Of a stretch of 64,000 nt of DNA, positions 27,182 to 37,394 are shown one piece after another (the first letter of the stretch is position 1; each line of letters opens with the position of its first letter). Location of the stretch: sequence record OR142618.1. One strand, 5' to 3'. The position numbers were made by a program, and so were the translations under genes. The notes below the pieces were generated by a model that had not been told where the DNA came from, made no database searches, and saw only the letters and a list, made by a program, of their open reading frames with translations.

Positions 27182-29821
27182 ATGGCAACTCTCATTTCTC
27201 CGGGTGTAAGTGTAACTATAACAGACGAATCTTTTTATGCATCGTCTGGTCCGGGAACTGTACCGCTTATAATCATAGCAACTGCTCAAGATAAAACTGA
27301 TAGTGCCGGTACTGGAATTGCACCGGGAACCACTAGACAAAATGCAGGTAGACTATGGCTAATTAGTTCTCAAAGAGAACTACTACAAACGTTTGGTGTC
27401 CCGACTTTTAAAACAGTCGGCGGAACTGCATTACACGGATATGAACTAAATGAATATGGATTGTTAGCAGCACATTCGTATTTAGGAATATCTAATAGAG
27501 CATATGTTGTGCGGGCAGATGTAGACACATCTCAGTTAGAACCGTCTGATACTGAGCCCACTGCTAATCCTGCAGACAACACCTATTGGTTAAACCCTAC
27601 AAAAGTTGTGTCGGGGTTGTATGAGTCTAACGGCACTGACTGGGTAAAAGCAAATGTATTCTATGCAACTGAATTTGACGCAGCTGGTCGCCCAGCAAAT
27701 GTTCCGTCTAGTTACAAATATGCAATGTCAGTAGGACAAGCTGCTCCTAACGTAGAAAATGCAATATATAGACGCAATATATCCGGCGCCTGGGTTTTAA
27801 TTACTGCTAACGATAATACAGTTGTATATAATAAGGTATATCCTGTAGTAGGTGCTGTAGGGAATCTATGGGTAAACCTAAGGGAAACTTCATATGCATT
27901 GTCTAGATTCGATGCAAATGTAGGAAGTTTTGTATCCGTATCTACTCCTTTGTACAAAACAAGCGATGATGCTACCGACGGTTTCGGAACTACACTACGC
28001 CAGGGCTCGGTGTTTGTGCAATATAATGCAAAAGGAACATTATCTAGTGCAGTTAATCCTGCAGTAACTGAACTACAACATAAGGTAAAAATACACAACG
28101 GTAATACTTTCACTGCTGTTTCTGTAACCTTAGCAGCAACTGGTCCTTATAGCGATACATTAGTATTAGGACGCTATAACGGAACATCAGTGACAGTTAA
28201 CGCATCTGGTTCTAGCGTAGAGGCATTTGCTCAATCGTTAGGACAAGCTTTAGTTTCTAACGGTGTTACTGATATTTCAGTTAATTACAATACTGCCTCT
28301 AGAATGGTAGCGTTAGTTAACGATAGTGGAAAAGATATAATAGTTACATCATCTACTATGTTTAGTGCCGGCATATATTCTAATTGGGTTCCACTAGAAT
28401 ATAGTTCTGCTGTAAAACAACCGTCCGGTCAATTAGATAACGGTACATTGTGGTACAGCACAGATTATAAAGTTGACATTCTAGTTAATGATGGCGTAGG
28501 AGCATGGACTGATTTAGCTGGCAGTTTATTTGTACAAAGTGCTGAACCTACTGCTAACGTAGCTGACGGCGATGTATGGGTAAGCACTTCGTCTGCAGGC
28601 AATTATCCGGTTATATATCGTAGGGTAAATAATCAGTGGAGATTAGTAGATAATACTGATCAAACAACACCTAACGGTGTAATATTTGCTGATGCAAGAC
28701 CTGTAAATTCCGGAGCATTAGATGCAGACGCACCAGACGCACTTGCATATCCGCAAGGAATCTTGCTATTTAACACTCGCTATTCCACACGTAACGTTAA
28801 ACAATGGAACAATAATTATACCTTTGAAGGTAACGTTATAGGAGATAGATGGGTATCTGTTAGTGGTTTAAGATCGGATGGTTCTTTATACACTGGTGGT
28901 GAAGCAGTTAAACAAGTAGTCGTTCGTTCTATTGCTAGCACAATACAGGCTAATGAAGATATTCGTTCTGAAAACGTGTTTTATAACCTAATTGCTGCGC
29001 CTGGCTATCCTGAATTAATAGACGAGTTAGTAGCATTAAACGTTGATAGAAAACAAACTGCATTTGTTATAGGCGATTCACCATTTACTTTGAGTGCAAC
29101 TGGTACTAATTTACAAGAATGGTCTTCTAATTCTAAATTAGCAACAGAAAACGGTTCAGATGGATTAGTTACTGCTGATCCGTATTTAGGTGTATATTAT
29201 CCGTCCGGGCTAAGTACAGATCTAAATGGTAATAATGTAGTTGTTCCTCCTAGTCATATGTTACTTCGTACTATTGCGTATAATGACCAGGTTGCATATC
29301 CGTGGTTCGCTCCAGCAGGATATCAACGCGGCATAGTGTCTAACGCAACTTCAGTAGGTTATATAAACAGCGAAGGTGAATTCGTTGCAGTTTCGTTAAA
29401 TGAAGGGCAGCGGGATACTCTGTATACTAATAATGTTAACCCAATATCGCAAGTGCCTAATAGAGGTATAGTGGTATGGGGTCAAAAATCTAGAAATCCA
29501 GTTACTTCGTCATTGGATAGAGTTAATGTAGCAAGATTGGTAAACTATGTTAGATATCAATTAGATTTGTTGCTAAAACCGTTTGTATTCGAGCCAAACG
29601 ATTCACGTACTCGTCAAGCAGTGCAGGTAGCAGTAGAGGCTTTCTTAAGCGAAATAGTAACATTACGCGGTATCACTGATTTCGTTGTAGACTGTTCTGA
29701 TTCTAATAATACTCCGGATCGTATAGATAGAAACGAATTGTGGGTTGACGTTGCAATAGTGCCCACCCGTGCAGTTGAATTTATTTATGTTCCGATTCGT
29801 TTGCAAAATACTGGATCTTAA
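27182..29821 (+). CDS. Contractile tail sheath protein (gp18-like)
   Basis: MATLISPGVSVTITDES; PWFAPAGYQRG; RDTLYTNNVNPI; DRVNVARL; PTRAVEFIYV. Confidence 0.97.
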   Translation: MATLISPGVSVTITDESFYASSGPGTVPLIIIATAQDKTDSAGTGIAPGTTRQNAGRLWLISSQRELLQTFGVPTFKTVGGTALHGYELNEYGLLAAHSYLGISNRAYVVRADVDTSQLEPSDTEPTANPADNTYWLNPTKVVSGLYESNGTDWVKANVFYATEFDAAGRPANVPSSYKYAMSVGQAAPNVENAIYRRNISGAWVLITANDNTVVYNKVYPVVGAVGNLWVNLRETSYALSRFDANVGSFVSVSTPLYKTSDDATDGFGTTLRQGSVFVQYNAKGTLSSAVNPAVTELQHKVKIHNGNTFTAVSVTLAATGPYSDTLVLGRYNGTSVTVNASGSSVEAFAQSLGQALVSNGVTDISVNYNTASRMVALVNDSGKDIIVTSSTMFSAGIYSNWVPLEYSSAVKQPSGQLDNGTLWYSTDYKVDILVNDGVGAWTDLAGSLFVQSAEPTANVADGDVWVSTSSAGNYPVIYRRVNNQWRLVDNTDQTTPNGVIFADARPVNSGALDADAPDALAYPQGILLFNTRYSTRNVKQWNNNYTFEGNVIGDRWVSVSGLRSDGSLYTGGEAVKQVVVRSIASTIQANEDIRSENVFYNLIAAPGYPELIDELVALNVDRKQTAFVIGDSPFTLSATGTNLQEWSSNSKLATENGSDGLVTADPYLGVYYPSGLSTDLNGNNVVVPPSHMLLRTIAYNDQVAYPWFAPAGYQRGIVSNATSVGYINSEGEFVAVSLNEGQRDTLYTNNVNPISQVPNRGIVVWGQKSRNPVTSSLDRVNVARLVNYVRYQLDLLLKPFVFEPNDSRTRQAVQVAVEAFLSEIVTLRGITDFVVDCSDSNNTPDRIDRNELWVDVAIVPTRAVEFIYVPIRLQNTGS

Positions 29822-29838
29822 CATAAATTAGTAATGCA

Positions 29839-29869
29839 AAATAAAAAGGCACTTAGTGCCTTTTTATTT
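29839..29869 (+). terminator. Symmetric terminator after the sheath gene
   Basis: AAATAAAAAGGCAC-TTA-GTGCCTTTTTATTT. Confidence 0.85.
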
Positions 29870-29896
29870 GACTATAAATTATATCTATAGTATACT
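29868..29896 (+). promoter_or_regulatory. sigma70 promoter of the homing endonuclease
   Basis: TTGACT-N17-TATACT. Confidence 0.7.
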
Positions 29897-29922
29897 ATTG
29901 TTTAAAACTAAGGATTGCTTTT

Positions 29923-31539
29923 ATGTCTATTGTATGTAAAATTTGTAATAAATCATTTCCTAGTATGATTACAAGTACACATCTAAAAACACATAACATC
30001 ACTACTGCAGAATACAAAGATCTTTATGGAAAATATTCTCTTGTATCAGATGAATATAGATCAAAGCGGTCAGAACAGTCATCTGGCATTAATAATCCTA
30101 ATTATGGAAATAAATGGTCAGACAGCATGAAAGAATCTATGTCTAATAAAAAATCTGGAACTATTCCGTGGAATAAAGGCATAGAGTTACACGATACTAC
30201 TATGTATGTGAAATCTGCAGAACAGAGAGAACTAAAGTACAAAGAAGGGATACTAACTAGGAAATCATATGTCAGAACTGTAGAAATAAATAAAAAAATT
30301 TCTGATAGTGTGAAGAAGTATGCTGCAGAAAATAAAGAAGAAGTAAAACAGAGAAGTGCCAAAGCAAAAGGTACATATAGTACAAAGAAAACGTTAGGGT
30401 TAGTGCAAATACGAAAAGGATATAAGTTAACCAAATCACATAAAGAAATAGCTATACAAACATTAAACAATTATAGGGCTTCTAAAATAGCTGAATCTAA
30501 TAAACAAATAGAAAGTAATATATCTCTTGCAAATCTAACATTATTAAATGACATAAATGAAAACAGCTTAGTGTTAAGGTGTAATATATGTAATAATGAA
30601 TGTTCTTTTACAAAACAATATTTTAGAGCTAGTAAATTTAAAATAGAATTATGTCCTGTGTGTTATCCTAGAAATAGTAATAGATCTGAAAAAGAAAAAG
30701 AATTAGAATATTTTATAACAAGTTTAGGTATTTCATGTATAAATTCTGCACGTATAAACAATAAAGAAATAGATATATTTTGTAAAGAATTAAATATTGG
30801 ATTTGAATTTAACGGATTATACTGGCATAGTGAGGATGTGTTAGAGTATTCTGGGTACAGTAAAACAAAAGATTACGAAAAGAAAATATTTTTTAGAGAT
30901 AAAGGAATTAGATTAATTCAAATATTTGAAGATGAGTGGGACTTAAAGCAAGATATAGTAAAGAGTAGAATAAGAGCTATATTAGGAAAAACAGAACACA
31001 AAATATATGCAAGGAAATGTACTGTTAAAGAAATAAATTCTAAAGTTGCAAATGATTTTGTAGAAAAAACACATTTACAAGGTAAAGGTAGAGCAAATGT
31101 AAGATTAGGGTTGTATTATAACAATGAACTAGTTTCTGTAATGACATTTTTAAATAAAGATATTACTAATAAAACATCGAGCTGTCAGATAAATCGTTTT
31201 AGTGTAAAACATAATACATCTATCCCCGGCGCCGCGGGAAAATTATTTGCTTACTATATAAATAACTATAATCCATCTAGTGTTATTTCGTATGCAGATT
31301 CTCGCTGGTCTGACGGTAATTTATATGAACAGCTAGGATTTAAATTAGATAAACAGACACTCCCTAATTACTGGTATATAAAAGATAATGATCTTAAAAG
31401 ATATCATAGATACAATTTTAGAAAAGATAAGTTGCCCGAAACTTTACTAACAGAAAAAGAATATATGGATAGTTTGGGATGGAATAGAATATGGGATTCG
31501 GGATCTACTAAATGGGTTTGGACAAATAAAGGGGCATAA
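29923..31539 (+). mobile_element. Free-standing Hef-like homing endonuclease between sheath and tube genes
   Basis: N-terminal C2H2 finger (CKIC...HLKTH); PWNKG NUMOD-like motif; EIDIF...IGFEFNGLYWHS; LIQIFEDEW; C-terminal RIWDSG. Confidence 0.8.
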
Positions 31540-31552
31540 TGCCCCTTTATTT
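31524..31552 (+). terminator. Symmetric terminator with the stop codon as its loop
   Basis: AAATAAAGGGGCA-TAA-TGCCCCTTTATTT. Confidence 0.85.
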
Positions 31553-31582
31553 GTATCCTATAATGAAAAATTGTTAGTTACT

Positions 31583-31590
31583 GATAAATA
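31583..31590 (+). promoter_or_regulatory. Putative late promoter GATAAATA upstream of the tube gene
   Basis: Motif about 40 nt before ATG 31628. Confidence 0.65.
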
Positions 31591-31627
31591 TGTTTATCGT
31601 AATAACGAGACATTAATAGGAGAATGT

Positions 31628-32248
31628 ATGGCAACATTAGACAAATTTGGGGTACCAAGTTCGGCAGGTTCAGAACGCGGTATTTTGCAACCCAAGCTCC
31701 AGTACAAGTTTCGCGTGAGTTTTGATGGTTTTGGCGATGGATCTAATTCTCGCCAGTTAACCCAGAGCGTAGTTTCTGTCGAAAGACCGAAAATAAACCA
31801 TGCGTCGACTGCTGTTCATTCGTATAACTCTGTAGCATATGCTATGGGGAAACACGAATGGCAAACTATCGAAATTGTATTGCGTGACGATATTCAAAAC
31901 TCAGTTGTTAATGTAGTTGGTAAACAATTGCAGAAACAAATGAACCATTTTGAACAATCTAGCCCAGTAGCTGGTAGAAACTATAAATTTACTATGAGAA
32001 TAGAATCTCTAGACGGAAACAACAATACTGCACCATTAGAATACTGGGATGCAGAAGGTTGTTTTTTACTTGATGTAAACTATGGTTCTCGTGCATATGA
32101 TAGCTCTGAACTTACCTTAATAACCCTTACTGTTCGTGCAGATAACTATACTCATCATGCAGGCGGCAACGAAGTTGCACTTGGCGGCGATCCGTTTACT
32201 GACGACGATGCCGGATTACGCGGTGCACCTGGTGCTCGTGTAAACTAA
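31628..32248 (+). CDS. Tail tube protein (gp19-like)
   Basis: AGGAG RBS; LQPKLQYKFRVSF; VERPKINH; GKHEWQTIEIVLRDD; ITLTVRADNY; follows the sheath. Confidence 0.85.
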   Translation: MATLDKFGVPSSAGSERGILQPKLQYKFRVSFDGFGDGSNSRQLTQSVVSVERPKINHASTAVHSYNSVAYAMGKHEWQTIEIVLRDDIQNSVVNVVGKQLQKQMNHFEQSSPVAGRNYKFTMRIESLDGNNNTAPLEYWDAEGCFLLDVNYGSRAYDSSELTLITLTVRADNYTHHAGGNEVALGGDPFTDDDAGLRGAPGARVN

Positions 32249-32256
32249 TAAGAAAT

Positions 32257-32291
32257 CTGCAAGCTATTTTACTTAGCTTGCAGTTATTCTT
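32257..32291 (+). terminator. Intrinsic terminator after the tube gene
   Basis: CTGCAAGCTA-TTTTACT-TAGCTTGCAG followed by a T-rich tail. Confidence 0.7.
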
Positions 32292-32307
32292 TTTATTGGA
32301 TTTATAT

Positions 32308-33786
32308 ATGGCATTTGATGATATATTCGGTACAATAGCCGGCGCTGCTGGTGATATATTTGGGGCAACAGTGGGAGAAGCAGGAAATATTTTGTCTTCT
32401 GTTGCTACCCGGTCTGCTAAGAAATTTTTAGGCGGTTTAATTGGCGACGGGCATGGCGCATATCTAAGAGATAGTAGACATGCAACATATAATTTTGGTC
32501 TTAGGGGTTCGTATATACAACAGAACTATCCTAGGTCTAAGTTTCAATATCTTGTAAAAATAAACTATAATACTATAGATCCGGTAAAATCGTTTGTTGA
32601 TACTTATTTAAATAGAGATGAACAAGATATGATAGTTCCTCTAATAAAACGTATCGATATGCCATCTATGCAAATAGATACAGAAAAATTAAATCAATAT
32701 AATAAATGGCGTATTTCTCAAACAAAGATAAAATTCCAGCCTATTACAATGGTGTTACACGATGTAGTAGATGGAAAAACATTACGTTTTTGGGAAATGT
32801 ATTATGAATATTATTTTAATGATGGTGTTTACGCCAAGAAAACATCAGATTCTATAAGTAATTTTGATCCCATTAGAAATACATTAAGAAGGGGCGAATT
32901 AAACGTATCTGAGTTTTATAATGATATTATCTCTAAAGAAGGTGTTTTTAAACGAGATTTTGGATTTAGGTTAGATACTCAAGTGTTTAATACAACTTCG
33001 TTTATAGGAAAATATAGTAGATATTTGTTTGACTCTATTGATATATATCAGGTTCACGGACAATCATATTCTAGAGCAAGATTAGTAAATCCCAGAATAA
33101 CAGATTTTAGACATGATGCATTAGCATATGACAATTCTAGCGATTTAATGGAATTAACATTTACATTTGAATACGAAGATGTAGTGTATGATAACTTTGT
33201 TAGGCCATTGGCTGAAACTGAACTTGAATTTTATGATAATGCTAATAATTTAGAATTAGATTATCAACCTGCCCGTCCGCCAGTTAGTGTTAGGGTAAGA
33301 AACGACAGTACTGAGGGTGGTTTCGGCAGATCTTCGTCTGGATTAGGTAATGTATTGGGTGATATTACGGGGGATATATTCGGCGGAATTCGGTCTGGTG
33401 TATCTACAGTTTTAGATGCAACTGGTGTAAATGGTGTGTTAGATAATATAGGAGTAGGCGCAGTATTAGGAAGCGCTGCTAATAGCGTATTAGGAAATAT
33501 TGAGCGAAATGTAACAGACTATGTTACTACTTTTCCTGAAAATGCAGCCAGGGCAGTAGGTGAAAGTATATTTACAGGAGAAGTAGAATTCCCGGTAGAT
33601 CCGAAAGGTTCTATGAGAAAAATATTAGATCAAGCAAAATCAGAAACTACTGGAACTATACGAAGAACATTTGAAACTGGTGTAAATACTGCTATAACTG
33701 GTGTTTTAAATGGCGCAGGAAAAATTATAGATAATCCTAGGGGATCTAGAAATACAAACGTATCTAACAGGAGTGTTGGATTATAA
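32308..33786 (+). CDS. Tail-tube-fold virion protein (tube initiator / baseplate hub-like)
   Basis: IKRIDMPSM...QPITMVLHD...LTFTFEYE resembles the tube fold; Gly-rich C-terminus. Confidence 0.55.
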   Translation: MAFDDIFGTIAGAAGDIFGATVGEAGNILSSVATRSAKKFLGGLIGDGHGAYLRDSRHATYNFGLRGSYIQQNYPRSKFQYLVKINYNTIDPVKSFVDTYLNRDEQDMIVPLIKRIDMPSMQIDTEKLNQYNKWRISQTKIKFQPITMVLHDVVDGKTLRFWEMYYEYYFNDGVYAKKTSDSISNFDPIRNTLRRGELNVSEFYNDIISKEGVFKRDFGFRLDTQVFNTTSFIGKYSRYLFDSIDIYQVHGQSYSRARLVNPRITDFRHDALAYDNSSDLMELTFTFEYEDVVYDNFVRPLAETELEFYDNANNLELDYQPARPPVSVRVRNDSTEGGFGRSSSGLGNVLGDITGDIFGGIRSGVSTVLDATGVNGVLDNIGVGAVLGSAANSVLGNIERNVTDYVTTFPENAARAVGESIFTGEVEFPVDPKGSMRKILDQAKSETTGTIRRTFETGVNTAITGVLNGAGKIIDNPRGSRNTNVSNRSVGL

Positions 33787-34241
33787 TGGCACTTGATAGA
33801 TTTAGTATAGACATGTTGAAGCGTAGAGGAGCTTCTAAGAAAGTAATACAAACGGGTTCGTCTTTAGTTAACACATTTGAAAATGGATCTGGCTTTGATA
33901 ATGCTTTGGATGCTACTAGTCTTATTCTAGACAATTACGGAAATTCTTCAGTTGGCGCCGTTAATTCGAATATGTTTTTTGCTCTACGATCATTCTTTGT
34001 AAGTAAACATACTTCTTTACCTAACGCAGAAACCCTAGCATTGATGATGTTAGATGCAGCCAAGTTACTAAATAAACCGCCGATGACATTAGCAGAAGAA
34101 GTGGCAAGTACGGGACAATTAATGTTAGGAAATGACACATATACTGTATTAAATTTTTTAAGACCTGCCGGCGAAAAGCAAAATCTATTAATAATAAACG
34201 ATAATTCTGGGAAATTCAGAGGAAGGAATGTCAAGTTATAA
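33786..34241 (+). CDS. Hypothetical virion-region protein
   Basis: Translationally coupled to both neighbours. Confidence 0.6.
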   Translation: MALDRFSIDMLKRRGASKKVIQTGSSLVNTFENGSGFDNALDATSLILDNYGNSSVGAVNSNMFFALRSFFVSKHTSLPNAETLALMMLDAAKLLNKPPMTLAEEVASTGQLMLGNDTYTVLNFLRPAGEKQNLLIINDNSGKFRGRNVKL

Positions 34242-34669
34242 TGGGTAGTTACAAGCAAGGAACGTATATTCCGAAGAATCCTGGAAAATATATAGGAAAA
34301 AAATTACCATACTATAGATCTGCATGGGAATATAAATTTATGCAGACAGTTGACGAGAATATGGCTGTAATTGAATGGGCTAGCGAACCTATTTCTATTC
34401 CTTATTTTAATCCAGTTACAAACAAACAATCGTTATATGTGCCAGATTTTTTGATGGTATACGTTGATAGTAAGGGCAACAAACACACCGAAATAGTCGA
34501 AATAAAACCGAGAAAAGAAACATTTTTAGAACATGCTAAAACTAAACAAGATAAATATCGGTTAGCAATGAACGCAGCAAAATGGCAAGCCGCCGCCAAG
34601 TTTTGCTCTGCACGGGGTATAAGATTTAGAGTAATTAACGAAGACCATATTTATAGGAATCCTAAATAA
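34241..34669 (+). CDS. Head completion nuclease (T4 gp4-like, TnsA-like fold)
   Basis: YRSAWEYKFM...IEWASEPISIPY...YVPDF...VEIKP...KWQAA. Confidence 0.9.
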   Translation: MGSYKQGTYIPKNPGKYIGKKLPYYRSAWEYKFMQTVDENMAVIEWASEPISIPYFNPVTNKQSLYVPDFLMVYVDSKGNKHTEIVEIKPRKETFLEHAKTKQDKYRLAMNAAKWQAAAKFCSARGIRFRVINEDHIYRNPK

Positions 34670-34670
34670 C

Positions 34671-35177
34671 ATGACTAAAAGATTAGAAGAAGTATTTGAT
34701 TTTGCTTCGTTTGACGAAGAAGCGCCAGCAGAAATTATAGAAACTGCTAACGAAGAGGATGTTTCTGGCCAAATAGTAGACATAAATTCTCAATCGGATA
34801 AAATTGATGCAGCATTAGTTGGTGTAACTCAATTAGATAGTCATGACAGAGATATGGATGAAATTGCAAAAACTGCAATGGATGCATACCGCGATTTGTG
34901 GGATATAAGTCAAAACATACATGATGCCCAGGTAGGTAAAGTGTTAGAAGTGGCACATAATATGCTTAAAACTGCCCAGGACGCCAAGGAAGCAAAAAAT
35001 TATAGAAAATTAAAAATGGTAGAGTTACAAATTAAAAAAGCAAGATTGGATTGGGAAATGACTCATAAAAAAACGTCCACTGATGCCCCTGCCGGATCTA
35101 ATGGTGTATATTTTGATAGAAATGAGCTAATCGGTCTTCTTTTAAATAAGGATAACGATAACTCTGCAGATAAATAA
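34671..35177 (+). CDS. Helical hypothetical protein; possible terminase small subunit
   Basis: All-helical with a coiled coil, in the packaging cluster; the assignment is positional only. Confidence 0.4.
   Translation: MTKRLEEVFDFASFDEEAPAEIIETANEEDVSGQIVDINSQSDKIDAALVGVTQLDSHDRDMDEIAKTAMDAYRDLWDISQNIHDAQVGKVLEVAHNMLKTAQDAKEAKNYRKLKMVELQIKKARLDWEMTHKKTSTDAPAGSNGVYFDRNELIGLLLNKDNDNSADK
35169..35176 (+). promoter_or_regulatory. Putative late promoter GATAAATA
   Basis: Upstream of ATG 35202. Confidence 0.55.
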
Positions 35178-35201
35178 AATAAATTATAAAGGAAGATATA
35201 A

Positions 35202-35804
35202 ATGAAATCTTTCAGAGATTATTATGATGCGTCAAAACGCAAATATTCGTTTGTAATTAAAATAGCTACAGACGAAATAAATTCTGAACAAAAATCTGTA
35301 TTAGAATCTAGTTTAGTAAAATATGATATACTTTCGTTTTCTAATTTTAAAGAAACTCCTTATCAATTAAATCCGTTAGATTTTCCTAATATACCTTGTT
35401 CTAAAGTATTCATAGCAGAAATAGAGATGGTATATCCGGCTACACCGGATTTATTAAGAAATTATATATCTAAAGCACTCTGTATAAAAGAAAGCAATGT
35501 TCTGGTATTTACTTCTGAAGATCCTAGATTAGAAGACGCAAAAGAATTTGTGTACAGACAAAGTAAAGAATATAAAGATAATTATAAACCAGTATTAGGT
35601 TCGGAAGAAATATGGAAAACTGAAGCACCATATGGCGACGAATCAGTTAAAGAAGCACTAGCGGCAGCTCCTGCAAAAGAAGATAGTTATGTAACTAACA
35701 ATCTAATTCCGGCGCAAAAACTAGATAAAATAAACAATAAAGAAGTTGTAGTTCCTAATAACAATGCTGTTATAGGTACTAATGATTATAGAAATAAAAG
35801 ATAA
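35202..35804 (+). CDS. Hypothetical virion protein
   Basis: Late motif upstream; 200 aa. Confidence 0.6.
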   Translation: MKSFRDYYDASKRKYSFVIKIATDEINSEQKSVLESSLVKYDILSFSNFKETPYQLNPLDFPNIPCSKVFIAEIEMVYPATPDLLRNYISKALCIKESNVLVFTSEDPRLEDAKEFVYRQSKEYKDNYKPVLGSEEIWKTEAPYGDESVKEALAAAPAKEDSYVTNNLIPAQKLDKINNKEVVVPNNNAVIGTNDYRNKR

Positions 35805-35833
35805 AGGGCCCAGGGTCCTAGATAGGAGAAATC

Positions 35834-37339
35834 ATGTTTAATATTAATGACATTCTGCGTCTAGCAGGAGTTCAGGCAGTTAAAGAATCAGAAATATGCG
35901 ATGATAAAGACTGCACTGATGCCGAATGCCCTGTGCATGGCAAAGACAAAGTAGAAGAAACTGCATCCGCAGGCGCATCATCGGCAGGCGGAATAGCTTC
36001 TGTTGCAAAACCATTTACTGAAGATGACGACGATAATTATGATTGGTTGGCGGCCCAACAACGTCGTTCTCGTCAATATCGCCCAGGCGAATTTGAATTT
36101 GATGAGGTTAGTAAATTAGATGAAGAAAAGGATGAAGATGGAAATAGAATTTTCCACACATTTAAATCTTGGGTCCGCGCATGTAAAGCAATAAAACCTG
36201 GTGTTAGATTTGAGGGTGACGAAGACATATGCCAGGCGTTCGGCTGCGGCGAATGGGATGGAGAAACCGGATATATTTCTAAAGATGCTCCGTATCCTAC
36301 TAAATGGGATAATTCAGTTAATGAAGATTCTGCGTTTGATGAATTAGCAGGAACTGCAGATGATTATTCTGATGATATTTCATTTGGCATAGATGATACC
36401 GATGACGTTACACATTACAGAAATAACTTTGAAGTAACTGATGTCGATGATATGATACAAGATATACTTGCATATAGTGATATATATAGGGATCAGGCAA
36501 AACTAGAAACTTTACCATATGCAGTTATAAAGCGAATTCACGATAAAGTTATGGGTGAAACATTCGAATCTACTTTAGATGAAATATCTAAATTGGCTGG
36601 AATATCTAATGTAGAAGAAAGTGTGCATGATATGGATATTCCTAAGACCGGATATGCATTTAATGATCCTAAAAAAGACCCGACATTAGATGATGATTAC
36701 AAAGCTGTTTCTTTAGAAGAATTAGAGAATGCATATAGAATTCTTAAAAACGCAGGTCTTAATGTATCTGCAGAAGAAATAAAAGCAGTAATAGATAGAA
36801 GAAAAAATGTGTCAGAAGCATCGCCCAATTTAGATAAAGCAGCTAGTGATTATACTTTAAAAAATTTCGGTGACTTCGATAACGACGACGAAGACGACGA
36901 AGACGACGAAGACCTAAATGATTTAGAAAATTCGGAAGATTTTGAAGATATACCTGTAGATTTCGATATAGATCTTGGACCCGGAACAGTCGGAAGCGAA
37001 GTTGCTAATTCAGTAGATGATATTGCAGAAATTATAGCAGATATATTGATGACTAGTAACAAGTATAATAGCGAGCAAGAATTAGTCAATATGCCAATTC
37101 AGAGACTCCGTGCTATACATAAATCATTAATGGACGAAGGTGCAGTCACTTCAATAAATACTAATACAGTAGATGCTAACGACTATTTCCCTAACGGATA
37201 TGATGGAAATGTAGTAGGCGCCGCCGGACCGTCTAGTGCAAAATCTGGCGATAATGCTTTACAAAAAGCATTTGCATCCGAGAGTATAAATGATATAAGA
37301 GCGTCGTTGCATGAAGCCCTTAATAAATTTAAAGGTTAA
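35834..37339 (+). CDS. Very acidic internal head / scaffold-like protein
   Basis: AGGAG RBS; D/E-rich, with (GACGACGAA)x3 near 36883-36912; many hydrophobic-x-E motifs; internal ~40-aa repeat. Confidence 0.6.
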   Translation: MFNINDILRLAGVQAVKESEICDDKDCTDAECPVHGKDKVEETASAGASSAGGIASVAKPFTEDDDDNYDWLAAQQRRSRQYRPGEFEFDEVSKLDEEKDEDGNRIFHTFKSWVRACKAIKPGVRFEGDEDICQAFGCGEWDGETGYISKDAPYPTKWDNSVNEDSAFDELAGTADDYSDDISFGIDDTDDVTHYRNNFEVTDVDDMIQDILAYSDIYRDQAKLETLPYAVIKRIHDKVMGETFESTLDEISKLAGISNVEESVHDMDIPKTGYAFNDPKKDPTLDDDYKAVSLEELENAYRILKNAGLNVSAEEIKAVIDRRKNVSEASPNLDKAASDYTLKNFGDFDNDDEDDEDDEDLNDLENSEDFEDIPVDFDIDLGPGTVGSEVANSVDDIAEIIADILMTSNKYNSEQELVNMPIQRLRAIHKSLMDEGAVTSINTNTVDANDYFPNGYDGNVVGAAGPSSAKSGDNALQKAFASESINDIRASLHEALNKFKG

Positions 37340-37352
37340 TATTATGTTAAGG

Positions 37353-37383
37353 AAATAAAAGGGTGTTATGCACCCTTTTATTT
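37353..37383 (+). terminator. Symmetric terminator
   Basis: AAATAAAAGGGTG-TTATG-CACCCTTTTATTT. Confidence 0.85.
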
Positions 37384-37394
37384 TTTATTTAGAT

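Noticed and set aside
36883-36912. (GACGACGAA)x3 microsatellite as a contingency locus
   Set aside because: An in-frame 9-bp unit encoding an acidic low-complexity tract; slippage would not shift the frame.
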